From the NCBI GenBank assembly GCA_964016885.1, contig OZ024741.1, positions 204,352,001-204,416,000 on the forward strand: a stretch of DNA of 64,000 bases, read 5' to 3'. The notes below the pieces were generated by a model. It ran no database searches. It was not told the origin of the DNA and was given only the letters and a program-made list of their open reading frames with translations. The position numbers were made by a program, and so were the translations under genes. The first letter of the stretch is position 1. Each line of letters starts with the position of its first letter. Positions 26,365 through 39,918 of the stretch are shown in pieces. Origin of the DNA: Eledone cirrhosa (Eukaryota).

Positions 26365-27179
26365 GTAATTACTCAAAATTTATTTTTTATTTTATTGTCA
26401 CCAGTTGTATTATCTGAAAGTTAACTTCATCGTAGTTAATGTTGGGTTCATTTAGTTATTTCATATTTGAAACCACGTGTAAAGATTTTTTTACCGGAAA
26501 TGTGTAAGTTTAGGATCATCAAGTAATGTCTCGTGTTAAGATCACAGACATTTCCTGTAATTTCCAGAAGTGAAAATGACAATCGGCAATAAAATAAAAA
26601 AATTCATTAATGTGCTGATAGTTAGTGCACCAACTAAATTCTTACTTGTACATTTCCAGGTCCGGCGATTTGTGGGCATCATTCTGTCCGCCGGGGCCGT
26701 GGGGCGGCCTTCGCGTGGGACCCCATTTGCTCATAATAGTGAGAGATGTGGAGGGCGAAAGAGACGGAGGCGATGACAGTGGTAGTTCGTCTCCTCTGTG
26801 TTCGGACCTGCATGTGTATATTTACACTATCGAACCTTCGATCATGTTAAATGAGCACGTTACAACACAATGTAGTATTGCCTCTCAGATTCTACGAAGG
26901 CCTGCACTTTTTTCAGAGTTCTGTCTTACCTTTACTTTTTCGGACTATAGGTTGTAGTTTGAGGGAGATTTGGCTGTTATTTTTAACAAGTACAGCGACT
27001 ACATAGAGGTTCCCTCGGTGTTGTTATTGAGGTTGTTTACATGCAAGTCAACTGTGTGTTGGGGTTAGGATGTGATTTAAGGGAAATTCGGCTGCTGTTT
27101 CTAGCAAGATGAGCGACTACGCATACATTTTTCTTGATATTACTTTAGAGAAATCTTTTAAATATTTTATTTTTAACAG

Positions 27180-27253
27180 GTGCTGGCCTGGGAAAGGATG
27201 AACACGGAATTCCAGAACCCATCAAAGTTTCTTTGAAAAGCACCAAAAGTGGT
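27180..27253 (+). CDS. GPATCH4: GPATCH4 coding exon 2
   Basis: aacag/gtgagt; GAGLGKDEHGIPEPIKVSLKSTKSG completes the G-patch. Confidence 0.94.
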
Positions 27254-27749
27254 GTGAGTAATTTTATGACTGAAAAACTATTAAAAAAACGTTGTACCAG
27301 GGGATGATGAAAGAGACACATATGAATAGCCATTTCAACTCACGGGGCTCGCTCCTTCAAAGTAGCCAACTCCGACCCGATAGTAGAGTGTAGGGATGTG
27401 TTCCGGGGGGACGACGTAAATTGTGAAGCAGCTTAATGGTTAGGGTGTTCGGCTCACGATCATGAGGTTCAATTTCTGGAAATGCGTTGTGTCCTTGAGC
27501 AAGACATTACATTTCATGTTGATTGGGTTTATTAGTAACTAAAATAAATACGATATAAATTTACTATTGGACAGATCATTGTGAAATTTTGCAGTATTAG
27601 GGTAATTACTTCGATTTTTAATGTGATACAGTCATAGTGCTGTATTTTAATTTTCAAGAATGTCTTATTAATGTGGTTTTATGTGGCACAGGACGTTAAG
27701 AGTTAACATATCACAAAGATAATGTTTTGATAAAGTAAGACTTTATGTA

Positions 27750-29310
27750 GCAAATGAAGTATTTACTGGAGAGAATACTTTGCTGATCTCCTAAACCCAG
27801 TCACAACAGCATCTTCTGATATACAAAAGGTGTATCTGGGAGCGATGACTAATCGCTCAGAGGCTGAGGTCACAAGATTAGTTAAAGACCTCAAATGTGG
27901 CAAGGCTGCTGGGGAAATGGGGGGGGGGGGTTAACCTGAGATGTTAAAAGCCTTAAATAGAGATGGTATTCTCTGGCTGCTTAGGTAGCCTGGATCTCTG
28001 GAAAGGCACCTAAGCAATGGCAATCAGGGAATATAATCACAATTTTCGAAAAGAGAAACAAGATAAATTGCTCCGATTATAGAGGGATCTCCTTCTTAAG
28101 CATTCCAGGTAAAGTCTATGCTAAGTATCTAGCAAAGAGATGTAGAGACATTGTTGAGTCCAAGCTAGCTGATGAACATTGTGGTTTTCACCCCAGACAT
28201 AACACAGCCAACCAAATATTCACACTGCAGCAGGTCTTTGAGAAACTGTGGGAATACTGCCTAGAGGTGTATGCCTATTTTCATAGACCTTGAAAAAGCA
28301 TATGACTATGTTCCACATGACCTGCTGTGGAGGGTTCTGGGGGAGTATGAGATCGATGGGCAGCTTCTTGTTGCCCTGATGTCTCTATATGAATGCCCTC
28401 GTATTTATGTTCAAATGAATGGTGCTAAATCGAAACCATTCAGTATGGGAGTCAGACTCCACCAAGGGTGTGTACTGTCACCTCTCTTGTTCATAATCTT
28501 CATGAACTGGATTGACATGCTCAGCTAGGTTGGAAGTGGTATCAAGACTGGCAGGTATAAAATCAGTTGTCTGGAATTTACAGAAAACATGGTATTACTT
28601 AACTTATCAGAAGAGGATCTCCAGTATTCACTTCATAGGTTTGATGCCAAGTGCTGAGATACTCGTCCTCTTAAGGAAGCCTGCACACTACACTCTACAT
28701 CATCATCATCATCATCGTCGTTTAACGTCTATCTTCCACGCTAGCATGTGAATGGAATTCTACTGAAGGAGGTGAATTTCAATTATCTTGGAGCTGTGTT
28801 CACGAGTGATGGAAGGCAGGAGGCTGAATTAAGTACAAGAATTGCAGGAGCTGTTGCAATAATGTGCCAGCTTCAGCATTCAGTAATCAGAAAGGAGTTA
28901 GGCGTAAAAGCCAAACTTGCCATCTTTAATTCGGTATTCATGCTAATCCTTACCTATTGTCATGAATCATGGGGCTTTGGAGTAATGTTACCCAATAGAA
29001 TGTGTAGCTCAGAAATTAGAGCCACAACATTTCCTAATTGAGATGATCACAGCTCCAATACTATGGACATGTGGTTAGAATGTCTCAGGAAAGAATCACT
29101 GGACAGATTTTATGTGCAAAACTAACCAGCAGGAGATTCAGAGATAGACCCTGAACAAGATGGTTGGAGAACATCCATGAGCCTTGCTGGTCTTGCGACT
29201 GGTCTCCAACCGGATCAATTAGAGATGGTTGCTTCTAAAAGGACCAATAGGAAGGAGTGTTTGAGGTCTCTGCCCCATGATCCTCCCAGGAATAAGTGAG
29301 CAAAGAAGAA
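27750..29310 (+). mobile_element. 5'-truncated, degraded RTE-clade LINE (second family)
   Basis: RT motifs NYRGISLLSIPGKVY, FIDLEKAYDYVP, QGCVLSPLLF and YLGAVFTSDG, with stops and frameshifts. Confidence 0.9.
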
Positions 29311-29600
29311 TTTACTTTACATAGCATTAAGTAGAACAAGGAACTGAACAGGCCTAAAGGTGCAAATTAATAACACAGAATGCTAAGGAGTTCTTATTCC
29401 ATCAAATCATTTACAAAAAATGTTGCACTTAAAGATTTATTAAAATAAACATTTGTTTATTATGTTTGTATATAAAAGAACAATCATAGTGTAATACATT
29501 AAATATGTATTTAAGATTAAGATGTACATATGTGACAAAAATTTATGATTATAAAATTAAACATGAATTTATTTATAGTAAAAATGTTGCATCTAGTGAG
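29311..29600 (+). mobile_element. Helitron Rep/helicase C-terminal remnant
   Basis: LYIALSRTRN*TGLKVQI...TKNVALKDLLK* resembles the PIF1-type 'LYVALSRV...GLK...TKNVVYKEVL' terminus; a CTAGT follows near 29593. Confidence 0.5.
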
Positions 29601-30539
29601 GTATTAATAAATTAACTATTTATACATGACAGTATTCATTTCAATCCTGGTATGATTAGGTAATTGAATTAATTAAACAAGTTAAATCAGTGAGATGTAT
29701 TTCATTTATATATGAATAACTTTTAATATATGTGTGAATCAAGATGGTAGATTGGCAGAATTTGTAGAGCATCAGATAAAATGCCATTGTGGCTTTTGTT
29801 CTGGGTCTTTACATTCTGAGGTCAACTTTATATTTCATCCTTCGGGGTCAATAAAAGAATGAACCAGTCATGTACTGAGGAGGATTTAATCAACTCAGCC
29901 CTTCCCCCAAACTGTTACTGGTCTTGTGTCTAAATTAAAAATAAATAGATATATGAATCAATTTTTGATGACATGGGCTCACTAATACAAATATAAAATG
30001 AAATTGGTGATAATTATTTATCCTCACCTCTGCTACATAAATACAAAAATGTTTACTTTTTCTTTCGCATTTAATTCCCTTAATAAAGACAAGCAAATAC
30101 CAGGACTACTTCCTCTTTGCACAGGTCGCCATTGAGACCTCAAGCTTCCTCAGAACATCAGCAGCCCCGTGAGGTGGGGTGGCTGTTGCAGCAGGTGTCA
30201 CTGCCCATTGATCACAGAAATGCCTTTGCAGTTTTGTCTGCAGGGCGCAGCTGAAACTCCGCCCCAACCTAGGCATAGAGTCCTTCACCCTCTCTTTCTT
30301 CCTTTACCTAATAGTCCTTGCTCTTTCCCTCCTTTTCTTCCCATTAATGGCATTTATAGTCCTTTCCTCTACTTTCCTATACTGCCAGATCTGCCCATTT
30401 TTTCATTAATTAATTTGGTTTTTATCTTCTCTTTTTTTAATATTTCCACCATTGTATAACTTCTGTCTGTAAAATATAGCTGACATATGTTTATGTGTAA
30501 CAGATTTCATTGAAATATTAATATTAAATCAATATGTGC

Positions 30540-30764
30540 TTAACTCTCAACATCCTGTAATGATTTACGAGAAAATACCTAAAAGTGAGTTTGTTAATTT
30601 AAGTGTTTATAGTATTTTTACAAGTGGACAAACCATTGTGAAAATTTGCAATATTAGAGTAGAAACTTAGATTTTTAATATGATGCAGTCATTGTGCAGG
30701 TTTTATACTTTTCAAGAATGTCTTGCTAATGCTGTTTCATGTTATAAAGTATATTAAGAGTTAA
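30540..30764. mobile_element. TTAA-flanked piggyBac-like MITE (related copies near 17135-17480, 18172-18380, 27535-27705)
   Basis: ttaa-ctctcaacat ... atattaagag-ttaa; internal sequence shared among copies (gatgcagtcatagtgctgtttt...tttcaagaatgtcttgctaatg). Confidence 0.7.
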
Positions 30765-31212
30765 GCCTGAAATAAAGAAATTAGCTTATGACAAGTTTGT
30801 TACATTCTCATTCAATATATACAAAATACATTTAAGAATCCTAACTGATTATTAAATATTGTATATTATTTATTTTTTTCTTTATCAGTTATGTTATTAA
30901 AAGATGGAAGGATAAATGAAATTATTCTTTTAATGCTTTCAGACATTGAACTATAGTCATTCTGGGGCACCATTTTGATTGTGTTTTAGTTATATCAACC
31001 CCAGTACTATTTGTTGAATTTTTAAAGGGACTCAACACTGGATTTTTAGATTGTTCTAAGCATAAGCACAAATATATATGACAGGCTTCAACACAGTTTC
31101 CAAGGCTAACAGTAGAAAGTGCTGTCCAGTGGAATTGAATGTAGTTGCAAAGGAAACTTCTTAACCACTCAGCCATGCCTATTTCTGATGTTTTTGCCCT
31201 TATTTTCCGTAG

Positions 31213-31293
31213 CTTGGACATATTCCTGGAAGTGAGCTTACAAGAAACTGGTGGGATCAAATGTATAATGATGCTGCTAAGAAAATCTCTCAA
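31213..31293 (+). CDS. GPATCH4: GPATCH4 coding exon 3
   Basis: tag/gtaagt; LGHIPGSELTRNWWDQMYNDAAKKISQ, matching GPATCH4 '[21 protein letters not shown]'. Confidence 0.93.
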
Positions 31294-32022
31294 GTAAGTC
31301 ATAGAATGTTTATTTTATGATTACCAAATGTCCTTTTCCTTTCATACTGCTTTCCAATGAGAAAGCCTTTATGTGGTCGCTTGAAATAGCAACCAAATCT
31401 CCATCAAATTATAACTCCACTGTCTTATAAAAGGACACATTGAAAAATGTTGTCCTAGATTCACTGCACAGAAAAAAAAAGGGATAGTCATGGCTTGAAT
31501 GCTTCTGATTACTCAATCAAGGCTGCCTTAGAGCTAAATTACAATGACCACTTGTGTTTCCAGATTTCAAAATGTTAAAAATATGTGAAATTATTAATTA
31601 TAGTCAGGAGTTATCTATAAAATTCGTCTATAAGTAGTTTTTCTTCGAAATTATTTCATAGTATTATTACTTACTATCTAAAGGTGGTGCATTGACAGTA
31701 TCAGTAGTATGTCAGACAATATGCTTTGCAGCATAGAGTTATGGCCCTTACTTTCTGAGTTCAAATTAGCTTTGCCTTTCGTCCTTACAGGGTCAATAAA
31801 TAAAACACCAGTAATGCACTAGGGTCGATTTAATCAACTTTCCCCTCCCCCAAAACTGCTGGTTTTGTGCCTAAAGTAAAAACAATTGCTATGGCAGGAG
31901 ACATATTGTCAGTGGATTCATTATCAATTCATTATGTTCAAGACACTGGTGCTAGTGAACTATGACAAGACAGAACATGTGAGTGCAAGTATCAAGATCA
32001 CATCTATCAAGTGCTTTAAAAG

Positions 32023-32582
32023 CTGCAATAAACTCTTTCCATCCAAACAACCAACCAGTTTATTCTGCTTTATCTATATATCCTCTGCAATAAACTCTTT
32101 CCATCCAAACAACCAACCAGTTTATTCTGCTTTATCTATATATCCTCTGCAATAAACTCTTTCCATCCAAACAACCAACCAATTTATTCTGCTTTATCTA
32201 TATATCCTCTGCAATAAACTCTTTCCATCCAAACAACCAACCAGTTTATTCTGCTTTATCTATATATCCTCTGCAATAAACTCTTTCTATCCAAACAACC
32301 AACCAGTTTATTCTGCTTTATCTATATATCCTCTGCAATAAACTCTTTCCATCCAAACAACCAACCAGTTTATTCTGCTTTATCTATATATCCTCTGCAA
32401 TAAACTCTTTCCATCCAAACAACCAACCAGTTTATTCTGCTTTATCTATATATCCTCTGCAATAAACTCTTTCCATCCAAACAACCAACCAGTTTATTCT
32501 GCTTTATCTATATATCCTCTGCAATAAACTCTTTCCATCCAAACAACCAACCAGTTTATTCTGCTTTATCTATATATCCTCT
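32023..32582. repeat. 62-bp minisatellite, 9 near-identical copies
   Basis: ctgcaataaactctttccatccaaacaaccaaccagtttattctgctttatctatatatcct x9. Confidence 0.97.
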
Positions 32583-33109
32583 ATTCACCCACTATTTATC
32601 CAACTCACTCACACATAGACCCTTGCTCATCATATTGTATGTATGGATCCGTAACTCCTAATAGGGGTGCTGTAGTGACAAATAAGGTGTCTCAAGCATT
32701 TTTATACCTGGCAGAAACCATCCCCTCTCCAGATCTGAACACAGCCAATTTCTTCCAGAGACGGAGAGAGAGGAAGTTAGAAAGAGATATAGAGGAAAAC
32801 TTGACCCCAGTACTGAACCATTCATTTTTTTATCAATCTTGAAAGGATGAAAGGCAAAATTGACTGCAGTGGATTTTGAACTCATAACACCATCAGCCAG
32901 AACAAATACTGCAAAGCATTCTATCTGACATTCTAACAACTCTGTCAGTTCACTGTTTTCTCATCATATTACAGCCAAGTTAATCCATCATCATCATCAT
33001 CATCATCCTTTAACGTCCATCTTCCACGCTAGCATGGGTTAGAGCATCATTTTTATTATAGTGTGGTGTATTTAGCTCTTATTTATTTAATTCATTCATC
33101 TCTTCACAG

Positions 33110-33193
33110 AATACTAATAAGAGTCAAAATCTGAAACAAGAAATAAAAACAGAATGTTCTTCAAAGAATTTACTATATGGTAATTTCCTCCAG
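33110..33193 (+). CDS. GPATCH4: GPATCH4 coding exon 4
   Basis: cacag/gtactg; NTNKSQNLKQEIKTECSSKNLLYGNFLQ, matching 'LLYQKFVK'; phase 0 on both sides. Confidence 0.88.
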
Positions 33194-33841
33194 GTACTGT
33201 AATATCTTGCTACTCTTTACTTTAAACATTTTCAATTTTAATTTAAATAATTTGAATTATCTATTAAATGAACATCCAGTTGACTTTAAAAACATTGGGA
33301 AAATTTCAACTGTAGATGTTCCAATATAAATATCTACTAATATAGAATCTATATATTAATTTCAACAATGTCAGTATTCCGTGTGTCATAATTTTCGATT
33401 ATCATTGGTTCATAGGTTTCAAACAACTCTGCCCACCTCAACGACGCCAAACTTAAATTAATATGCATAATGCCAATGAGGGAGAGAGAGGCAAATTGAA
33501 CACTATATATATGTGTCAGTGTAGAGACGTGTGTGTGGAAATAAGAGGGGAAGGAAAGCAATAACTATTAACATGTGTGCGTGTGTATGTACGTGCACGT
33601 ATGTTTGTGTGTGTGCGTGCATGCAGCGTTCCACAGAAAGTAAAAACTATCAACATGTGTGTAAGTGCACGGGTGCGTGTGCACGTTTCCATGCATGTAT
33701 GTGTGTGTACGTGCGGCATCCCACAATTGCCACGCAGTTTATCTGTCTGTGTGCCTGCCTGTCAGTCTAACATACACAGAGTTGTGAAGGGTGTAAATAG
33801 GGACCCTTTTTTACATTGACGGACATCTTTTATATTAATTA

Positions 33842-34206
33842 TCTATATCTATATCTACATATAATATAAAAGATTGGAACTTCCATCATCCTTTTGAGAA
33901 ACGTGGAACAACCAAGTCTATGTAATGATACACGTTTTACAGTCAGGCAGAAGATGAACCATCTCCTAGAGGTCACTATTCTAGGTGGGAGCACCTAGAA
34001 TTGTTCATATACTATGCACAAATGGTACAACGAAGAATCTGGTATATCTGGAAGATTTTTTTAATTGTTTTTTGTATTTGTATCACACAGACACCACGGA
34101 CTCGCCTCATACTGTAACTAGACAAACATCCAATACAGTCATTTACTCTTTTACCTGTCTTCTCTTATCATCTGTTTACCCGGGCGAAGCTGGGTACGTC
34201 AGCTAG
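33842..34206 (+). mobile_element. Non-autonomous Helitron
   Basis: 5' a|TCTATATCT...ATAATATAAAA; 3' hairpin acccgggcgaagctgggt followed by CTAG|t. Confidence 0.75.
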
Positions 34207-34248
34207 TAATATCTACTATCGCTTGTGTAATTGTCCATCACAAGAGAT

Positions 34249-34436
34249 GACTGACAAAGGAAGGGGTGATAACGTCGACTGAGAAAGAAAGGGGTGATAA
34301 CGTTGACTGAGGAAGGAAGGGGTGATAACGTCAACTGAGGAAGGAAGGGGTGATAACGTCGACTGAGGAAGGAAGGGATGATAACGTCGACTGAGGAAGG
34401 AAGGGATGATAACGTCGACTTAGGAAGGAAGGGGTG
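34249..34436. repeat. 28-bp purine-rich minisatellite, about 6.5 copies
   Basis: gactgaggaaggaaggggtgataacgtc tandem units. Confidence 0.92.
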
Positions 34437-36274
34437 GCAATGTCCAATATTCACTACATCTGTGTGTGTCTATATGTATAGCGAATTGGCTACACACATT
34501 GGCTGCTATGATTATGAGTGTTTATGTTAATTGTATTTCTATATAATATTTGTGGGTGTTTATTTAGAAAGATACATAGATAATAGAATTACAAACACAC
34601 ACGAATCTACACATACATATATATAAACAGACACACTTAGAAAAAATAATTATTACATAGACACACATCTATGTGATGACTGAGGCAGGAGGGGGTGAGA
34701 AACTATAGAAGTCCAGCATTCTAAGATTCATCACAGCTGTGTGTGTGTATGTGTTGCGATTTGGCTACACACATTGACTGTGTTTGTATCACTTGTGTGA
34801 GTGAGTACAATGGAACAAACCAACCAACAAATAAACATCTCTTTTTTTATGTTATGTATACATATTACAATTAGCCTTCATTTTTGATGGCACGGAGCCA
34901 GCTAGTATTATAATAATAGTCGATCACTGTAAATAGTAGTTAAGAAAATCAGGTAAAGTAGCCCTGAAGATGGATAAAAGAGGATAGAGGCACCTGGTTT
35001 TTTTAGTTTTTATTTGTAGTGATCGATTATTATTATGGTAATTTATGTTAGGACACACACATTTCAAATTTCATATATATTTTATCTTTCGAGGAAGCTT
35101 CTATGTGGTTTCACAAGCTGCTATAAATTAGCAGCCAAATTTCCCTCATATCACATCTTAACTTCTTTAAAAAAAAGTCATGATGATCACAAATGGAGCA
35201 CCCATGATCATATTGTAAATTCAGTGGTAATCTGGTGCAGCTGAACTCAGAATTCAATAGACCTACAGATATACCACCACTCTAATAATTTTGGGTTGGT
35301 ACTTTATTTATCAACTCTGGAATGATGAAAGGCAAAGTGTTGTGCTAGAAATCACCATCTGACATTTGTATAACTTTGTGTTTTTAGTTAGTTGTCCTTC
35401 TTCCCAATATTACCTTCATAAGATTGTATACAGATATTGATACTATAATCCATCGTATCCTTATGCATTTTGATCTAATGCTAGTGTTTCATTGTATTTC
35501 CAAGCATCACCATCCTCATTATCATATTTAATGTCTGTTTTTCCTGCTAACAAGGGTTGGATGGGTTTTCACAAGTCAATGCAGTTATTAATTTGAGCTA
35601 CTTGCCCCTCAGCTAGGCTGGGGCCTGCATCTTACTTACATATCTTCCTACACTCTGCAGCATGCATTTTATCATGCATGACGCCAGCACTGGGGAGATT
35701 GCCATGCTTTTGACAGAGCCCTCCCGACTCTTTGGTAAATTGTTTATGGCTGGATGCCCTTCCTATGACCACTTTACAGAGTGTACTGGGTGTGTTTATT
35801 GCATATACCACCAATGGTAGAGAGGTTGTTGTTTCCTTGACACAACTGAAGAGTCCTCTTGACCCTTTTTTGGCAACAGAAACATAAACCTGCCCACTTC
35901 AGTTTGTCTAGATCACTGCTTCTGAACTTTTTTTCCTATTTTCCACCTTTACCCACCACCATTCTAATTTTCTCCCCTCATATGTATAAGAAAAAAGTAA
36001 TCTTGTATACAACACAGTTTATTGCATAAAATTAACAGCCTCATAATAATTGAACATTAGCATATTTAAAATCAACAGTAAGGAAAATATATCTAGCAAA
36101 TCAGTGTAAATAATGGTAAAGACTTTTTTCCCCCATGTTAAGAGTTGTGAATCTAGATGTAGAATAGCTTTCAGGTCTTACAGAAAGAAATATACATGTT
36201 ATATGTTGTAGCTTAGCACTAGCAATTACATCATGGTTTTCTAATTAATTGTTTGCTTCTTGTAAGAATTGAGT

Positions 36275-36720
36275 GTCACTGAAATTGAAAGGAAAGGTGT
36301 ATGCTGCATGTGTGAAAAGTACCATGATTTATGAAGTCATGGGTGATGGTCATGGAATAACAAAGAAGGCTGGAAAGAATGGAAATAAGAATAATCCGGT
36401 AGATGAATGGAGTATCACTGAAAGAGAGAAAGACAAACAATGAATTGCAGGGGATTATGGGAATAAAGCCAGTGATGAATGTTGTGTGAAGAGAAATGGA
36501 ATGAGATGGTTGGGTCATGTGTTGCAGAAGGATAATAGTGACTGGGTGAGAGGAGTGATGGAAATGAGTGTGGAAGGGGGAGATCAAGAAAAATTTGGCT
36601 AAAGATGATGAAGGAGAAAATGAAAACCTATGTGTCTATGAAGAGGAATGCAGACAATAGAGAAAAATAAAGAGGTTTGTCATGGGACCTGCAGGGCTAA
36701 CAGGGAAAATAGCCTTAAAA
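36275..36720 (+). mobile_element. Old RTE LINE 3' fragment
   Basis: Degenerate SLKLKGKVYAACV..., RLERME and RW.GHV motifs. Confidence 0.6.
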
Positions 36721-36801
36721 CATTTGCTGTTATGTTGTTGTTTGTGTCTTGCCAAGAATAAAAGGTGTTTTTTTTCTTCTCCATCTATTTACTTTATGTA
36801 G

Positions 36802-36890
36802 GGATCAACTCAACACTCAACAGATGCTGGAATAGTCGAGGAAACCATTAGTGAATTACTGCCTGAAGGTTCTCAGAACTTCCCTCCAAA
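36802..36890 (+). CDS. GPATCH4: GPATCH4 coding exon 5
   Basis: tag/gtaagt; GSTQHSTDAGIVEETISELLPEGSQNFPP; phases 0 and 2 bridge exons 4 and 6. Confidence 0.82.
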
Positions 36891-38171
36891 GTAAGTTAGT
36901 ACTTCAAAATAAATCTCTATGCCTATATTGGTTCTACACTGAGATGGGGCTGTTGTTACACATACAACCATCATGAACCACATTCCCAAAAGCCCATCGA
37001 CTGATTGGCAAAAATTCAGTTGCTTACATGATACAAACATTGGCCCTAAACCAGCTATCTGCATTCCCTCTACAGCCATGCCCACCTAACTCTTCTTTTT
37101 CCATCAAATCTACTCTCTGATGCCCCCCTCTCACCTCCTGCACTAGACACTACCTAACCAATCCTCCAATCTTCCCCAACTGCCACTGTCTGGAATTGTA
37201 TTCCTGTCCAGCTTTTCATCCCAATACCAACTTGCATAAGTTCAAACTGAACACCAACTACATCAATCCCATTAAGCTATGGTGGTCTACAAACACCATA
37301 GATGCTATCCTTCTCCTTTGACTGAGTTAGAGAGATGCTAAAGAATATTATTACCTATCTTTAGAGGATTTCTTTTCTTACTAAAAAACCAAGGGTTTAT
37401 TTGATTTGTTCTCACCACTAATATGTCAAATTCCACTATCTTTGTCTGGGTCTTCAGAATTTATATTCCTTTTTGATTTTGACACAAGTGGTACTCTTTC
37501 CTTATGTTAGGTGACAATATTAGTGATACTCTTTTATATGAGAACAAAATAAATAGAACTCTTTCATTAGACACGGTCCAATAGAAATGGTACTTTTTCG
37601 TTTCACATGAATCTTATAATTCCTATTATTAGCATCATCATTGAGTTTTACATCTAACTTTCTATATTAGCATGATTTGGATCAGTTGGTGATACAGCAA
37701 CATTGCACAGGCGTCATTCATGCTGCTGAATCAGTTAACACATTTTGATCATCATCATTTAATGTTTGTTTTCCTGCTGGCAAAGATTGGATTGGTCATC
37801 ACAGACCAAGTCAGTACTTAATCAGAGCCCCAAGGTGATATCAGTCAGTGGGTAGCTTTGTTGTTTTGCTGTTATCCAAAGATAGATAGATAGACAGACA
37901 TTGTTACTGTTCTTGTCTGGCTGCTCTGCTGCCCACTAACCCATCTACAGGGTTGTTATTGTGTCAGTACCTATCATAGTTGTTTTTGTTGTTTTAAACA
38001 AAGCTACAGAAAGGTAAAAGGAAGAGAGTAAGAAAGATTAATCTTCTCTCTCATTTTTATTTTTCATCTTCTTTTTTCTCTTTGTCTCATCACAGAGGCA
38101 CAGAACAACTAACCAACCAAAAACATGAGCATTATAATAGTTAGATAACAATATTTTACATTCTTCTTCAG

Positions 38172-38222
38172 ATTAACTGATGAGCAGCTTTTTGAAATAT
38201 GTGGACGTCGTACAGCACACAA
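38172..38222 (+). CDS. GPATCH4: GPATCH4 coding exon 6
   Basis: ttcag/gtaagt; LTDEQLFEICGRRTAHK, the conserved GPATCH4 'LTDEMLLQACEGRTAHK' motif. Confidence 0.95.
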
Positions 38223-39918
38223 GTAAGTTTGATTTGAAATATGGAAAAGAGATATTTTTAGTACTTAATAAGTTTAATTTAAAAGTACTAAATGTAATTG
38301 CTGAAAGCTTATGGTTGGATTTGGACTGTCATTTATATTATTTAGTGAAAGTATGAAAGGGAGGGCCCATGATTGTTTTCAGGGTCTCTGTGACTGGTGG
38401 TAGGAAGTGGGAAAGTTATCCTCAGATTGAAAGCATAACCCAAATGCTTGCAACAGAATGTAGTCCACTAAATGCACCCAAGGACCAGGTGGTAATGTTT
38501 AACCAGGCAACAAATTAAATCTCTCCAAAAATATGACAGTCTTTCCAGTTTCCATCTACCAAATTTCTCTCATAAAGCTCTGGTTGACCCAAAGCTACAG
38601 AATGCAAAGTAGCTTCAAACTTCTTAAACACACAGCCATGCTTGCATTCATATTTGGTGATTATCATTATTGGGTTTTTGGTGAATATCATAAAGTATAA
38701 CTAAGTAAGAGGCAACTAAAAGAGTTGACATCAGGAAGGGCAATGTAAAACATTGTTGCAAAACATCCCATCCAACTGAGTGCCAGCATGGAAAAGTGGA
38801 CATGGAAACAATGATAACAGCTAAGTTAACATTGAGGATTCAGGTTCTAGTTGGAGAGACTATACTTTATTTACATTGCTAGTGCTCTTCAGAAAGGATA
38901 AATACTCAACAATTTCATTTGTGTATAATAAACCTTAATGATCACTGAATATCTATTTCACTATGCTAACCCAATCTGTATGTTGGACAGCTCTGTGGTG
39001 GCCACTTTCAAAAGTCAAATTTCATTACCTTATAAAAAGTGTACCTGTAAATTACTTATAGGAATAGTGGCTGGTAAAATAAATTTTGCAACTGATAAAA
39101 TTAAAATTATGCTGATGAGCTCTGAAATGCAAAGTCAACTTTTCAGTTAAAACCATATATTTGTAAATAGTTGTGATATTGAGATTGAATCATATTCTTG
39201 TAACTATTTAGTAAGTCGCTAGTTTAAAGAAATATGATTGAGAAGTTTGATTGTAAAGTTCTTAAAAAAACTTTTTCGTAATATATAAATATTAATTTTG
39301 TTCAAGTTATTTTTAAGCAATAGCAATATTAATTTTGTTCAGGTTGTTTTTAAGCATATTGGCAATAGCAAAGAAGTAGTTAGAGACACACTGTTGACAA
39401 GTTTTTATTCCAGTATTCACAGTCAAAGAACATGTATATATGTTTACACTTGTAAGTTTATATTTGTGCATGTGTGTAACACATGCTTTTAAAACTTGAA
39501 ATGTGTATTTCTTCTGTTGAATAATAAAAAGGTAGTTCGTTGTTTTACCACGAGCTAGTAGAATCTTCTAGACATTGACAATAACTGAATACTTGTCTAA
39601 GTTGTCAGTCAGTTCACTTGATTTTGGATTTTGGACAAAACATTAAAAATTTTAATTAACTCATACTGAATTGTAAATATTGAAATTTGTTTCTGTTGTA
39701 CAATGGGGAGAAAAACTTGGTCTTGTTAGGTGTAAAAATAACACAAGAGCTTGATTTAAACAAAATTAAAGTTTCTACAACTAGCAGCTGGGTGGTTTTA
39801 GCTGATATATAATGCAAAATAATTTATCTAGTATATCAAAATGATAACCTGTGACCATGAAAAGTTAAATGTATTTTTGTTCATATTTACAATAACCAAT
39901 ATTTTAACCATTTTTTAG

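Noticed and set aside
27330-27420. ACGGGGCTC motif reminiscent of RNase MRP/P RNA
   Set aside because: No partner P4 strand (GAAAGTCCCC or GGAAGGTCTGAG-like) found nearby; it adjoins a SINE
30106-30459. GC-richer segment with short ORFs in GPATCH4 intron 2
   Set aside because: No recognisable protein motif, and GPATCH4 exons 2 and 3 join in frame without it; probably a TE remnant
32023-32582. 62-bp repeat as a CRISPR array
   Set aside because: The units are identical end to end with no variable spacers
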